Below, piece after piece: positions 11,368 through 19,212 of a stretch of 64,000 bases of DNA (positions are counted from its first letter, which is position 1; every line of letters starts with the position of its first letter). Below the pieces are notes generated by a model, which did not search any database, had not been told where the DNA came from, and worked only from the letters and a program-made list of their open reading frames with translations. The stretch spans positions 128,875 through 192,874 of the forward strand of contig CAWJAS010000001.1 of assembly GCA_963840935.1 (NCBI GenBank), given 5' to 3'. The position numbers and the translations under genes are program-made. The stretch comes from Candidatus Magasanikiibacteriota bacterium (GTDB lineage: Bacteria; Patescibacteriota; Patescibacteriia; Magasanikbacterales; GWA2-37-8).

Positions 11368-11559
11368 ATGAAGTTCGATGAAGCAAAAATGTTGGCTTCA
11401 CAGTGTGTGAAAGCTGCCAAGGAAGCTTGGTATGCGAATTTCGAAAATACCTATCACTCAGGCGATCTCAATAGAGAGGCTGTTGGCAGAATTGCAAATA
11501 CGCTTCTCGAGCGTTGTCTGGGGTCAGAGGGTGTGGAGAGACCCTCCAAAACTGAATAA
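11368..11559 (+). CDS. Small hypothetical protein (63 aa) in a self-contained promoter-RBS-ORF-terminator unit, opposite to the array orientation
   Basis: Strong promoter. RBS aaaggagg 8 nt upstream. Terminator immediately downstream. Confidence 0.5.
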   Translation: MKFDEAKMLASQCVKAAKEAWYANFENTYHSGDLNREAVGRIANTLLERCLGSEGVERPSKTE

Positions 11560-11576
11560 GAGCATATTCGGTTCAA

Positions 11577-11612
11577 ACGCAAGGCGTTGGCTATACAGTC
11601 GACGCCTTTTTT
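11577..11612 (+). terminator. Rho-independent terminator
   Basis: AAGGCGTtggctatacagtcgACGCCTTTTTTTAT. Confidence 0.7.
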
Positions 11613-11648
11613 TATGAGCAAAAAATAATTTGAAAGAAAATGTAGCCG

Positions 11649-11762
11649 AATGGGCGCGCTTATCCAATGAGTGTCGAAATTTGGGCCGAAGACAATTGAC
11701 ACTCATTTGAAATATAAATGTGTCAATTTTCTCTGAGCCAGATATGCCGTGTTGTGCGATGT
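11649..11762. repeat. attC-like cassette-boundary repeat (variant with different inner hairpin AATGAGTGTC...GACACTCATT)
   Basis: Starts aATGGGCGCGCTTATCCAAT. Ends GATATGCCGTGTTGTGCGATGT directly before the stop of the 11769-12146 gene. Confidence 0.65.
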
Positions 11763-11768
11763 TTAATT

Positions 11769-12146
11769 TCAATTCCGTAACGCTGATAAAGCACTGTCTA
11801 GTTTTTCAATCAGGTCTTCTTTGTCTGTATATTCTATAAAATTTTTACATACTACTTTCAGAGAACCAGATATTTTTGAACCTTTACGATAAATGCAGAT
11901 AATTGGACGCCCAAAAGAATCAGCCCAACCCAACTCAATCCCCAATCCAGTAGCAGGAAATGAAACTTCCGCAACCATTACATCGCACTTTTTTATAATG
12001 TCTTTCGTGACGAAATCACTTGCTTCTTGATAAATTTCATGTGGCAATATTATCTCATTTTCAGAGTTGAGCTTACTTTCTCTGATAGGTAAATATAATT
12101 CTTCCTTATAATTCAATTCTTTTGAGTGTCCAATGTATATTTTCAT
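11769..12146 (-). CDS. Nucleoside 2-deoxyribosyltransferase-like (flavodoxin-like fold) protein
   Basis: MKIYIGHSKELNY... N-terminus and size typical of the Nuc_deoxyri_tr2-like family. Weak. Loosely similar to the 15349-15762 product. Confidence 0.4.
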   Translation of the reverse strand: MKIYIGHSKELNYKEELYLPIRESKLNSENEIILPHEIYQEASDFVTKDIIKKCDVMVAEVSFPATGLGIELGWADSFGRPIICIYRKGSKISGSLKVVCKNFIEYTDKEDLIEKLDSALSALRN

Positions 12147-12164
12147 AAATAGTAATTAAAATTA

Positions 12165-12252
12165 AATTTCGTACAACGTATCGGCATATCTGATGTTGCG
12201 TAATAATATTGGCGAAACGTAGTGTAGCTAGATATACGCTGTTATCGGATAT
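12165..12252. repeat. attC-like cassette-boundary repeat
   Basis: aatttCGTACAACGtatcggcatatctgatgttgcg...GATATACGCTGTTATCGGATAT. Ends ~12 bp before the stop of the 12269-12760 gene. Confidence 0.55.
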
Positions 12253-12268
12253 AATCAAAATTTGATAC

Positions 12269-12760
12269 TCATTTGGGGCTAATTTTATTCAAAACCATTT
12301 TTAATGTAACAGGTCGATACCTGTTTTCTGGATATTTTTTTAATCTCTTTTTTACAAAGCCGCAAGACTCATATGCTTTAATAGCACGAATATTTTCAGG
12401 TCTGACTTCTAAATATGATTTTGAATACCCAAGCTTGCCAAATCCTAATGATAAGACCTTTTTGATTGCTTTCGTGCCAATTCCCTTATTCCAATACTCT
12501 TTTTCACCAATGACTATTGTAATTTCAAACGTATTTGAATCTTTATGCATTAATGCGAGATGGCCTATTGCTTTTTCATCATATTGAATAATGTAATGAT
12601 GATCTTTTTTGCTCTCAAACATTTTGAAAAAATATCCAGGGAGTTTTTCATCGAATTCATCAAAATTACCGCTGGTTAGAGCAATTAAATCATGATCTTT
12701 CCACCACTTGAGAAAGAGAGGAAGGTCTGTTTTTTTGATTTTTCTGAGCTTAATAGACAT
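12269..12760 (-). CDS. GNAT family N-acetyltransferase
   Basis: EKEYWNKGIGTKAIKKVLSLGF...AYESCGF. Confidence 0.8.
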   Translation of the reverse strand: MSIKLRKIKKTDLPLFLKWWKDHDLIALTSGNFDEFDEKLPGYFFKMFESKKDHHYIIQYDEKAIGHLALMHKDSNTFEITIVIGEKEYWNKGIGTKAIKKVLSLGFGKLGYSKSYLEVRPENIRAIKAYESCGFVKKRLKKYPENRYRPVTLKMVLNKISPK

Positions 12761-12812
12761 TTGTTAGTATAAAATTAGCCCCAATTACTTTAAATTAAAT
12801 TTTGATTATTTC

Positions 12813-12835
12813 CGATAAACGCTGTTAGGCGATGT
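12813..12835. repeat. Cassette-boundary core motif containing a perfect integron core-site heptamer GTTAGGC
   Basis: cgataaaCGCTGTTAGGCGATGT, 12 bp before the stop of the 12847-13341 gene. Confidence 0.55.
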
Positions 12836-12846
12836 AATAAAAAATA

Positions 12847-13341
12847 TTAGAAATCTGTTTCGCTTGGATCTATTGGTGCTGAAACAATCTTTGCCCTTTC
12901 TTGTTCAGTGATAAAGCTGCCTTCTTTGGGGACAATAGTCGCAAAGGGAGCGATGTGAACATCATCTGTTCCATTATCCAATCTCCAAAAACCGTACACT
13001 ACCCTGTGGCCAGGGTCTGTCACAGCCGCGTGTGCAATTTCATGTTCCATTAATTTATCAATGATATTTTTTTTACCACCAGCATCGATGAGGAATTTCC
13101 TCATCTCTTCAGCGGTATCAAATTCGTAGCAATCATCCTCATTCAGAATCGTTTCATATTTTTTTCGCAGTTCCTCACTTCTACCAGCTATTTCTTTTTT
13201 ATCTTTTATTCCAGCTTGGATAATTTCGCGCGTAATCGAAGTACGTTCACGAAGCCATCTTTTATAGTCATCAAGTTTTGTTTTTGGTTTTTTCATTTGT
13301 CTTGTTTCAGCATCCGTTTGTTCGATATGTGAGTGCTCCAT
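12847..13341 (-). CDS. Hypothetical protein with HExxH motif (MEHEIAHAAV), putative zinc metallopeptidase-like
   Basis: HEIAH motif. No other family assignment. Confidence 0.45.
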   Translation of the reverse strand: MEHSHIEQTDAETRQMKKPKTKLDDYKRWLRERTSITREIIQAGIKDKKEIAGRSEELRKKYETILNEDDCYEFDTAEEMRKFLIDAGGKKNIIDKLMEHEIAHAAVTDPGHRVVYGFWRLDNGTDDVHIAPFATIVPKEGSFITEQERAKIVSAPIDPSETDF

Positions 13342-13639
13342 ATAATTATTGAGGTTATTTTTTATTATGTCGCCGAATGTGTCCGAGTGTGCGAAGTTGG
13401 CTTTTCGGATTTATTGATTACTATTTTAGCTGGTTTTCGCTTAAATTACCACCAAACAAAGAAAGGCGAATTTGGGAAAAAGTTGAGCCGAGCAATTTTC
13501 CTTTTATCCCTTGTTATATGACCCGAACGGAATGAAATGGAGTGAGAGCGCATCGTGGCGCGACTGGAAGGAGCGAATTTTGCCAAACAAATAATTACCT
13601 TATTATTAGAGCTCTTTTGAAATTTTTCGGTGGGTGGGT

Positions 13640-13668
13640 TTGACATTTTTAACTGGATGTGATTTAAT
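13640..13668 (+). promoter_or_regulatory. Sigma70-type promoter: TTGACA, 17 bp spacer, TTTAAT
   Basis: ttgacatttttaactggatgtgatttaat. RBS caggagaaagcc before ATG at 13717. Confidence 0.5.
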
Positions 13669-13716
13669 TTACTATTCCGGCTCTGGTAGTTAGCCGGATA
13701 AACACAGGAGAAAGCC

Positions 13717-14094
13717 ATGCTTTACGCAATTGTTCTAGGGGCAGCGTCAGTGTCGGTAATTGTTGTTCTTTCATTTTTCTGCAACAAAATAGTGGAACGG
13801 CTAGAGTTAGGCCTGTCTTTATTCTACCATCCCTCGTGGATGATGCTGCGTCCATTAAATACACCTAGAAAAGTAATGATTTTTTTCTTTCGGTGGTTGC
13901 CAACGGCGCTATATTTAGTCGCGATAGTATTGTATGGTATCTTCAACCCATCAGAGGGGCTTGGAGACAAATTAATCCTTATCGGCGTTTTTTTTGCGTC
14001 GCAGGTGTTGGTTTCGTGTATTCTGTTGAGGGCTCATACGCACATTCTGGTCAAGAAGTACAGTAAATTAATTTCAAGTAGGTGCAAGCAGTAA
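13717..14094 (+). CDS. Hypothetical 4-TM membrane protein in a second self-contained reverse-oriented unit
   Basis: Hydrophobic segments. Own promoter and terminator. Confidence 0.5.
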   Translation: MLYAIVLGAASVSVIVVLSFFCNKIVERLELGLSLFYHPSWMMLRPLNTPRKVMIFFFRWLPTALYLVAIVLYGIFNPSEGLGDKLILIGVFFASQVLVSCILLRAHTHILVKKYSKLISSRCKQ

Positions 14095-14111
14095 AAGAGC
14101 CAAGGTTCCAT

Positions 14112-14145
14112 GCCCGCATAGATTAACATCTGCGGGCTTTTTTTA
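14112..14145 (+). terminator. Rho-independent terminator
   Basis: GCCCGCatagattaacatctGCGGGCTTTTTTT. Confidence 0.75.
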
Positions 14146-14414
14146 AAAAATTTTAAAAAAGAGCTTAATTCAAATTGTCAAAATTATTTGTTTGGCAAAA
14201 TTGCGAATAACAGTCAGGAATATCCGATGTTTTTGCGACCAACGGAAGCAAAAATATGGGTGAGATAATTTTTTATTCCTTATTATAATTTATATTGAAA
14301 AATTATTGAACCAGATATTCCTTGTTATCTGATGTAAATTTTTATCTTCGTCTTTGATGAACTTAATCTTGTTTTCGCACTAAAAATTTTTGTTTTGCCG
14401 AATGGCAAAACAGA

Positions 14415-15191
14415 TTATTTGGGGGTATTTATTATTTTTTTTAATTGTTCAATGTGTAATTCTTTTATTTCTTCAAATTCTTGTGAGGTATTTTTACCAT
14501 CCTTCATGATTGAAAATGTTTCAAGTAATATCGTACCGTCATATCCAATTGAATTCAGCTTGGAAATAATTCCATCGACTTTGGCTTGATTATCATAGAA
14601 TAAATGATCAAAATCTCCAATATTATCATGAAGATGAATATGTCCAATTTTGCCGCTAAAAATATCAATAAACTTATTCAACTCAGAGATTCTGTTGGCG
14701 TGTCCAATATCAAGGGTGATATTTGCATTAGGAATTTTTTCCAATAATTTCAAAATATTGTCGGCGGAATTATATGGCGCGCTTGAAACATTTTCAATCA
14801 ATAACTGCATGTTATTTTTTTGCAAAACAATATTTATTTCATTAAAGATTTCAGCATTTTCCTCTGTGTTCAAATTTTGATGCGGGTGAATCGTAATTTT
14901 TTTTGCACCCAAATCTCTCAATATCTCGATATTTTTTACGATTTCATCAAATTTAACAATATCCCAATGAATATGTCCTAAAACTTCAAAGTTTGTAGTC
15001 GCATTTTTTAAGTCGAAAAAAATATCATCGATGGTTTTTAGCACTTCTGGCTGAATAGTGATTTCCGTAAAATCAAAATATTGTTTTGCAAATTCAATTT
15101 CTGTGAGTAGGTCTCCTCTAAAACCCGACATATATCCAAATTTCATATTTTCGTTATTAAAAAAATAAAAAATATCTCTAAATAATTCCAC
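14415..15191 (-). CDS. Sugar phosphate isomerase/epimerase, xylose isomerase-like TIM barrel (AP endonuclease 2 fold)
   Basis: ITIHPHQN, DIGHANRISE, GHIHLHDN, metal-ligand pattern of the family. Confidence 0.75.
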   Translation of the reverse strand: MELFRDIFYFFNNENMKFGYMSGFRGDLLTEIEFAKQYFDFTEITIQPEVLKTIDDIFFDLKNATTNFEVLGHIHWDIVKFDEIVKNIEILRDLGAKKITIHPHQNLNTEENAEIFNEINIVLQKNNMQLLIENVSSAPYNSADNILKLLEKIPNANITLDIGHANRISELNKFIDIFSGKIGHIHLHDNIGDFDHLFYDNQAKVDGIISKLNSIGYDGTILLETFSIMKDGKNTSQEFEEIKELHIEQLKKIINTPK

Positions 15192-15283
15192 CTTTGACGG
15201 AAAACTTATAAAAAAACAAATTTTCGTCCTCGTTCAACGCACCAGAGCCTGAAATTATTACAAAGATAAAAATTTATTTCACA

Positions 15284-15348
15284 TAATGGGTCGCGGTTAT
15301 CCCATCGTCCCGCCCGGGCACGAACCTCATATTCGGTGTTGTACGATG
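15284..15348. repeat. attC-like cassette-boundary repeat, deletion variant lacking the right inner arm
   Basis: cataATGGGTCGCGGTTATCCCATCGTCCCGCCCGGGCACGAACCTCATATTCGG|TGTTGTACGATGT. Ends at the stop of the 15349-15762 gene. Confidence 0.7.
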
Positions 15349-15762
15349 TTAAATAATTTTTTTCAAATCACCATTAATAATAATCGGCTTAACTGCCTCA
15401 ATTTCAGTTTTACAATAAGGCATTTCGGGAATTGGGTTTAGCATGAAAACCTTTTGATTTAACACGTAGGCAAAACCGATTTCCATTAAAGTATTGCCGC
15501 CTACATAATTTTGGACGCCATTTTTATCAAGATTCAAAACAAGCACGGCATCTGCTCCTTGCATCATACGCCAAAATTCACGGATGGCGTCCATATTGTA
15601 TTTTTGGTGAAGTTTGATTTCTTCAATTTCGGAATCGGTTTTGCCCACCATTGCCTTATGCAAATCCGTGACAAATGCGTCATGCCCCAATTCCCGAAGT
15701 TTTTCACGATACTCAAGCATTTTATCGGTAAATTGCATTGAGCCGATTATTCCTATTTTCAT
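15349..15762 (-). CDS. Nucleoside 2-deoxyribosyltransferase-like protein
   Basis: MKIGIIGSMQFTDKMLEYREKLRELGHDAF...LVLNLD. Flavodoxin-like pattern. Confidence 0.45.
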   Translation of the reverse strand: MKIGIIGSMQFTDKMLEYREKLRELGHDAFVTDLHKAMVGKTDSEIEEIKLHQKYNMDAIREFWRMMQGADAVLVLNLDKNGVQNYVGGNTLMEIGFAYVLNQKVFMLNPIPEMPYCKTEIEAVKPIIINGDLKKII

Positions 15763-15789
15763 AAAAGATTTGAAAAAAATTATTTAATT

Positions 15790-15955
15790 TCGTACAATGG
15801 GTCGCGGTTATCCCATCGTCCCGCCCGGGCACGAACCTCATGTTCGGGCGGGATGTGGGATAACCGCTGTTATGCGATGTCGCGCGAGCAACTCGCAGAA
15901 CAGCGGGCACCGCGACCCATTATGCAAAATCGCTCACGCGATTTTGCATAATGTT
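15790..15955. repeat. Full-length attC-like palindrome plus additional nested hairpins; gene-less cassette-like segment
   Basis: cgtacaATGGGTCGCGGTTATCCCATCGTCCCGCCCGGGCACGAACCTCATGTTCGGGCGGGATGTGGGATAACCGCTGTTATGCGATGT. Then GCGCGAGcaaCTCGC, an inverted copy CCGCGACCCATT, and a perfect hairpin ATGCAAAATCGCtcacGCGATTTTGCAT. Confidence 0.7.
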
Positions 15956-16315
15956 TTTGGACATGCGAAGTTAAAAAACCCCGCCACCTTGACTTAATTG
16001 TATCAAAAAGAGCGGGGTTTTTCAATTTGGGAGGGGGCTTTCGAGGAAAGCCCGAACCGCATGTCCAGTGTTATGTGATTTATACTTTTCCTTTTATCCG
16101 TTAGGGTCGCTTTTCTATTTTAGGGCAAATTTGGTTTTGTCTTTCTTTGAGCTGAGAGGTTGGAGCGGATGCCCAAAAGTAAAGACGCATTATTGGAAGT
16201 TAGTAAGAAAAACGTCCGAAATTGAAGAAGGGGTCGCAACATCTGTTGCGACCCCTTTGGGGTTTTGCTGGCCTCCCGAGTTTCCTCAGCTTGCCAGACG
16301 GCGTAGCCGATCTCG

Positions 16316-16753
16316 TCACTCCACGACGGTCGTTTGACCGCGGCCAAACTTGCCATGGTTCCAGCCCGCACCGTTGATGTCAGTCACGGAGTGAACGTGT
16401 ATGGAGAGCAATTGGTCGAAGGCTTGGTCTGTATCGGGGTTCCCCGTGCGGTACTCGATCCACATGGGCTGGCCGACCGGCACATCATGAAAGGTCTCTG
16501 GAATATTGCCGTAACACCCTTGTCCGAAGGAATACTGAGCGACAGTGCCATCCGGCTTCTCCATGAGAAAGGTGTAACGCGACGGTTCGTGCATCAGGAC
16601 GCGAGAAACACCATCCATGCGCTTGGTCTCGGTCCAATCTATTGCACCAAGGGTCCGGTAGACGAAGGCCATGAGACCTAAGGACACAACCAGGAGAATG
16701 GAGACGGACAGGATGATCAAAGGAACATGAAACTTTTCCCTAATACGCTTCAT
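16316..16753 (-). CDS. Hypothetical N-terminally membrane-anchored protein; visibly GC-rich relative to flanks
   Basis: N-terminal TM segment. Codons are G/C-ending. Two consecutive hairpins downstream at ~16228-16262. Confidence 0.5.
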   Translation of the reverse strand: MKRIREKFHVPLIILSVSILLVVSLGLMAFVYRTLGAIDWTETKRMDGVSRVLMHEPSRYTFLMEKPDGTVAQYSFGQGCYGNIPETFHDVPVGQPMWIEYRTGNPDTDQAFDQLLSIHVHSVTDINGAGWNHGKFGRGQTTVVE

Positions 16754-16989
16754 TGTAATTTCCTCCGTGTGTGGTGAGGTCGCTTTATCGTGTAAAGCGA
16801 CACATAATTATATCACAAAAAAACGACCCTGTCAAGAGTCGCGCATCAAAAATCTTCTTAATTTAGCCAAAATTTAGAAAATCGTCCCGCCGAGAATACG
16901 GCGGGTTACCATATTCTCCCCTCTATAAAAAATGAAAAATCAAATTTGCCCAATATAGAAAAGCGAAAGGGCATTCGGCCCTTAAAAGG

Positions 16990-17101
16990 AAAAGTGTATT
17001 TCACATAACGTTTCGGGATATCCGACGTTTCGCCACTTCCATTAAAAAATAATTTAGTGTGGCGAAATGTGGCTTTAGCCCTTGCGGATATCCCGTGTTG
17101 T
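16990..17101. repeat. attC-like imperfect palindrome with perfect CGGATATCCG palindromic boxes
   Basis: cacataACGTTTCGGGATATCCGACGTTTCGCCAC...GTGGCGAAATG...GCGGATATCCCGTGTTGTGCGAC. Ends ~30 bp before the stop of the 17133-17690 gene. Confidence 0.7.
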
Positions 17102-17132
17102 GCGACCCGAAGGGCTTGAGTTGCAAAAACTT

Positions 17133-17690
17133 TTATTCCTTATTTTTGTTTTGATTTCTATTAAAAATAGCCATGGATAAAAAGTCATAAAACTTTCCTT
17201 TGTAAAAAACTTCATCTTTCATCTTGCCTTCGATAACAAAGCCTAAAGATTTATACAAGTTAACTGCTGGAGTATTATCTTTGATGACGCCTAAATTAAT
17301 CTTATGAAGTTTTTGTTTTGTAAATCCATAATCGATTATCCATTCCATGGCAATTTTTCCAATTCCCTTACCGCGATAGTCGTCTTCTCCAATAGCAATA
17401 AACAAATCTGCATTTTTATTCGGTTTACTAATGTTTGATAGTCCTATAAATCCTATTGGCTTAGAATTATCACAAATAGTGAAAAACTTTTTGTTTTTAG
17501 CTTTTTTATAATTAGCAAACCATTCCTTTTCTTTTTGCAGATTTGTTTTTTGCCCCAATTCATCACCAATAAACTTATTGACATTGGGATTGCTCAACCA
17601 CTTGACGCGGCAAGGGATATCTTTTTCTAAATGTTTTCTTATTTTTATCATAAAGAAATCAAAACAAATTAAATTTAAAAGTTTTTGCAA
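17133..17690 (-). CDS. GNAT family N-acetyltransferase (RimJ/RimL-like); first cassette next to the recombinase remnant
   Basis: KVKWLSNPNV, DYRGKGIGKIAMEWIIDYGF, LYKSLGF. Confidence 0.75.
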   Translation of the reverse strand: MQKLLNLICFDFFMIKIRKHLEKDIPCRVKWLSNPNVNKFIGDELGQKTNLQKEKEWFANYKKAKNKKFFTICDNSKPIGFIGLSNISKPNKNADLFIAIGEDDYRGKGIGKIAMEWIIDYGFTKQKLHKINLGVIKDNTPAVNLYKSLGFVIEGKMKDEVFYKGKFYDFLSMAIFNRNQNKNKE

Positions 17691-17877
17691 TTTCGCACAA
17701 CTACCTTTATCATGACTAGTGGTAAAAACCGCTAAAATATGATAAAATTTTTGAGAAATTGGGGTTATAGGCGACGAAGGTGAGAGAAAAGCAAATTGAT
17801 TTGCTTTTCCGAGCCAAGGAGCTTATATACTGTGTATATAGCCCCTGGGGGTATAACGGATTAATATTATCAAGAAT

Positions 17878-18311
17878 TATGAAGGAGGGCAACACTTTTG
17901 ATAATTTGGCTAGGGAATTGCGTATTCGCAATTACAGCAAAAAAACCGCTAATTCATATATTCGGTATAATCAGGAGTTTTTGCGGTTTTGCGAAAAAGA
18001 CCCGCGTGAAGCAACGGCCGAGGATATAAAGAATTATTTGGATTATTTAGCTCAAGAATGGTCGTGGAAGCAGATTAACCGAATCAACTATACAAAAAAT
18101 CGTGGTTTCAACAGCCAAAAAAGCGGGGATTGCCAAAAATGTGACACCGCATACCTTGCGCCATTCGTTTGCCACGCATTTGCTAGAAAATGGCACGGAT
18201 ATACGGTATATTCAAGAATTGTTGGGGCATGCCAAGCTTCAGACCACCCAAATCTACACTCATGTGGCAAATAATAATTTAAAAAATATTGTGAGCCCGC
18301 TCGATGTATGA
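17878..18311 (+). pseudogene. intI-like: Integron-integrase-like tyrosine recombinase remnant: N-terminal SAM-like domain fused out of frame to the C-terminal catalytic tail; ~180 codons of the central domain are missing
   Basis: N-terminal part [61 protein letters not shown] parallels IntI1 [30 protein letters not shown]...EVEAFLSWLANE. After a frame change near 18050, [61 protein letters not shown]...VSPLDV matches the IntI/Xer C-terminus, including the HxxR and catalytic Tyr regions and the SPLD ending. Confidence 0.7.
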
Positions 18312-18430
18312 ATGGGCGTGGTTGGATTCCCGCTTTCGCGAGAATGACAAGACGATAATTATTGTTGACAAAAAACTTTCTATAAGATTAAATAGGTTCA
18401 ACAAACCGTTCTTTTAACCAGGAGAAAAAA

Positions 18431-18652
18431 ATGAAGTACGCAGTGTCGTATCGATTGCTTACGCATGACAGCGATGGCCCGATACCGGAAAGCAGGGAAT
18501 ACGAGGCGGAAAGTCTGAAAGAGGCATACGCCAAAGGAGAAAGGATAGCTCAAGACCGCGCTGCCCAAATCAGGAAGGATGGCGGAGTCGCCGAGGTGTC
18601 GAACATCCACATCAAGCGGTTTCACAAGCGCGCCTCAAAAAAATCCCGATAG
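18431..18652 (+). CDS. Small hypothetical protein (73 aa), GC-rich, with strong RBS
   Basis: aggagaaaaaaATG. Terminator at 18683-18715 (AGCCGCCAGCCGTGGCGGCTTTT). Confidence 0.4.
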   Translation: MKYAVSYRLLTHDSDGPIPESREYEAESLKEAYAKGERIAQDRAAQIRKDGGVAEVSNIHIKRFHKRASKKSR

Positions 18653-18749
18653 TTCTTACGATATCTGACCCCTATACTGTACAATCAAGCCGCCAGCCGT
18701 GGCGGCTTTTGCTTTCTTAAAAACAGTATGATACGATTTTATAAAATAT

Positions 18750-19211
18750 ATGAAAGAAAAATTTGTTTTGGTTTTGCCTGATATCAGAAGCGCGCATAAT
18801 GTGGGCGCTATGTTTCGGACCGCGGATGGCGCGGGTGTAGAAAAAATATATTTATGCGGATATACCGCTCGTCCGCCTCATCCGCAATTAGACAAAGTAT
18901 CTTTGGGCGCTGAAAAATGGATAAAATGGGAATATTACCGTCAAACATGGCGCGCGCTTAAAGAATTGAAGAAAAAAGGGTATAATATAGTGGCGCTGGA
19001 ATTAACCGAAGGCAGTCAAAATATTTTTAAGTGGAAGTCAAAGTTTCCTTTGGCCTTGGTGGTTGGCAATGAAAAAACCGGCGTGACAAAAAAATTATTA
19101 AAATATTGTGATAGTGCCGTTCACATCCCCATGTTCGGCAAAAAAAGCAGTTTGAATGTTAGTGTGGCCACCGGCATTGCCGTTTATCAAATTGGCCAAC
19201 AAATAAAATAA
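18750..19211 (+). CDS. SpoU/TrmH-family RNA 2-prime-O-methyltransferase (TrmL-like)
   Basis: HNVGAMFRTADGAG, VVGNEKTGV, SLNVSVATGIAVY SPOUT motifs. Confidence 0.8.
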   Translation: MKEKFVLVLPDIRSAHNVGAMFRTADGAGVEKIYLCGYTARPPHPQLDKVSLGAEKWIKWEYYRQTWRALKELKKKGYNIVALELTEGSQNIFKWKSKFPLALVVGNEKTGVTKKLLKYCDSAVHIPMFGKKSSLNVSVATGIAVYQIGQQIK

Positions 19212-19212
19212 T

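Noticed and set aside
10400-17130. Possibility that the recurring inter-genic repeats are a CRISPR array.
   Set aside because: The repeats are imperfect, 60-110 bp, palindromic and separated by whole genes of different lengths. There is no regular repeat-spacer periodicity and no cas genes.
17780-18274. 164-aa ORF as a single intact gene.
   Set aside because: Its C-terminal half is an out-of-frame read-through of the recombinase C-terminal fragment. The meaningful reading is two fragments of one disrupted intI-like gene.
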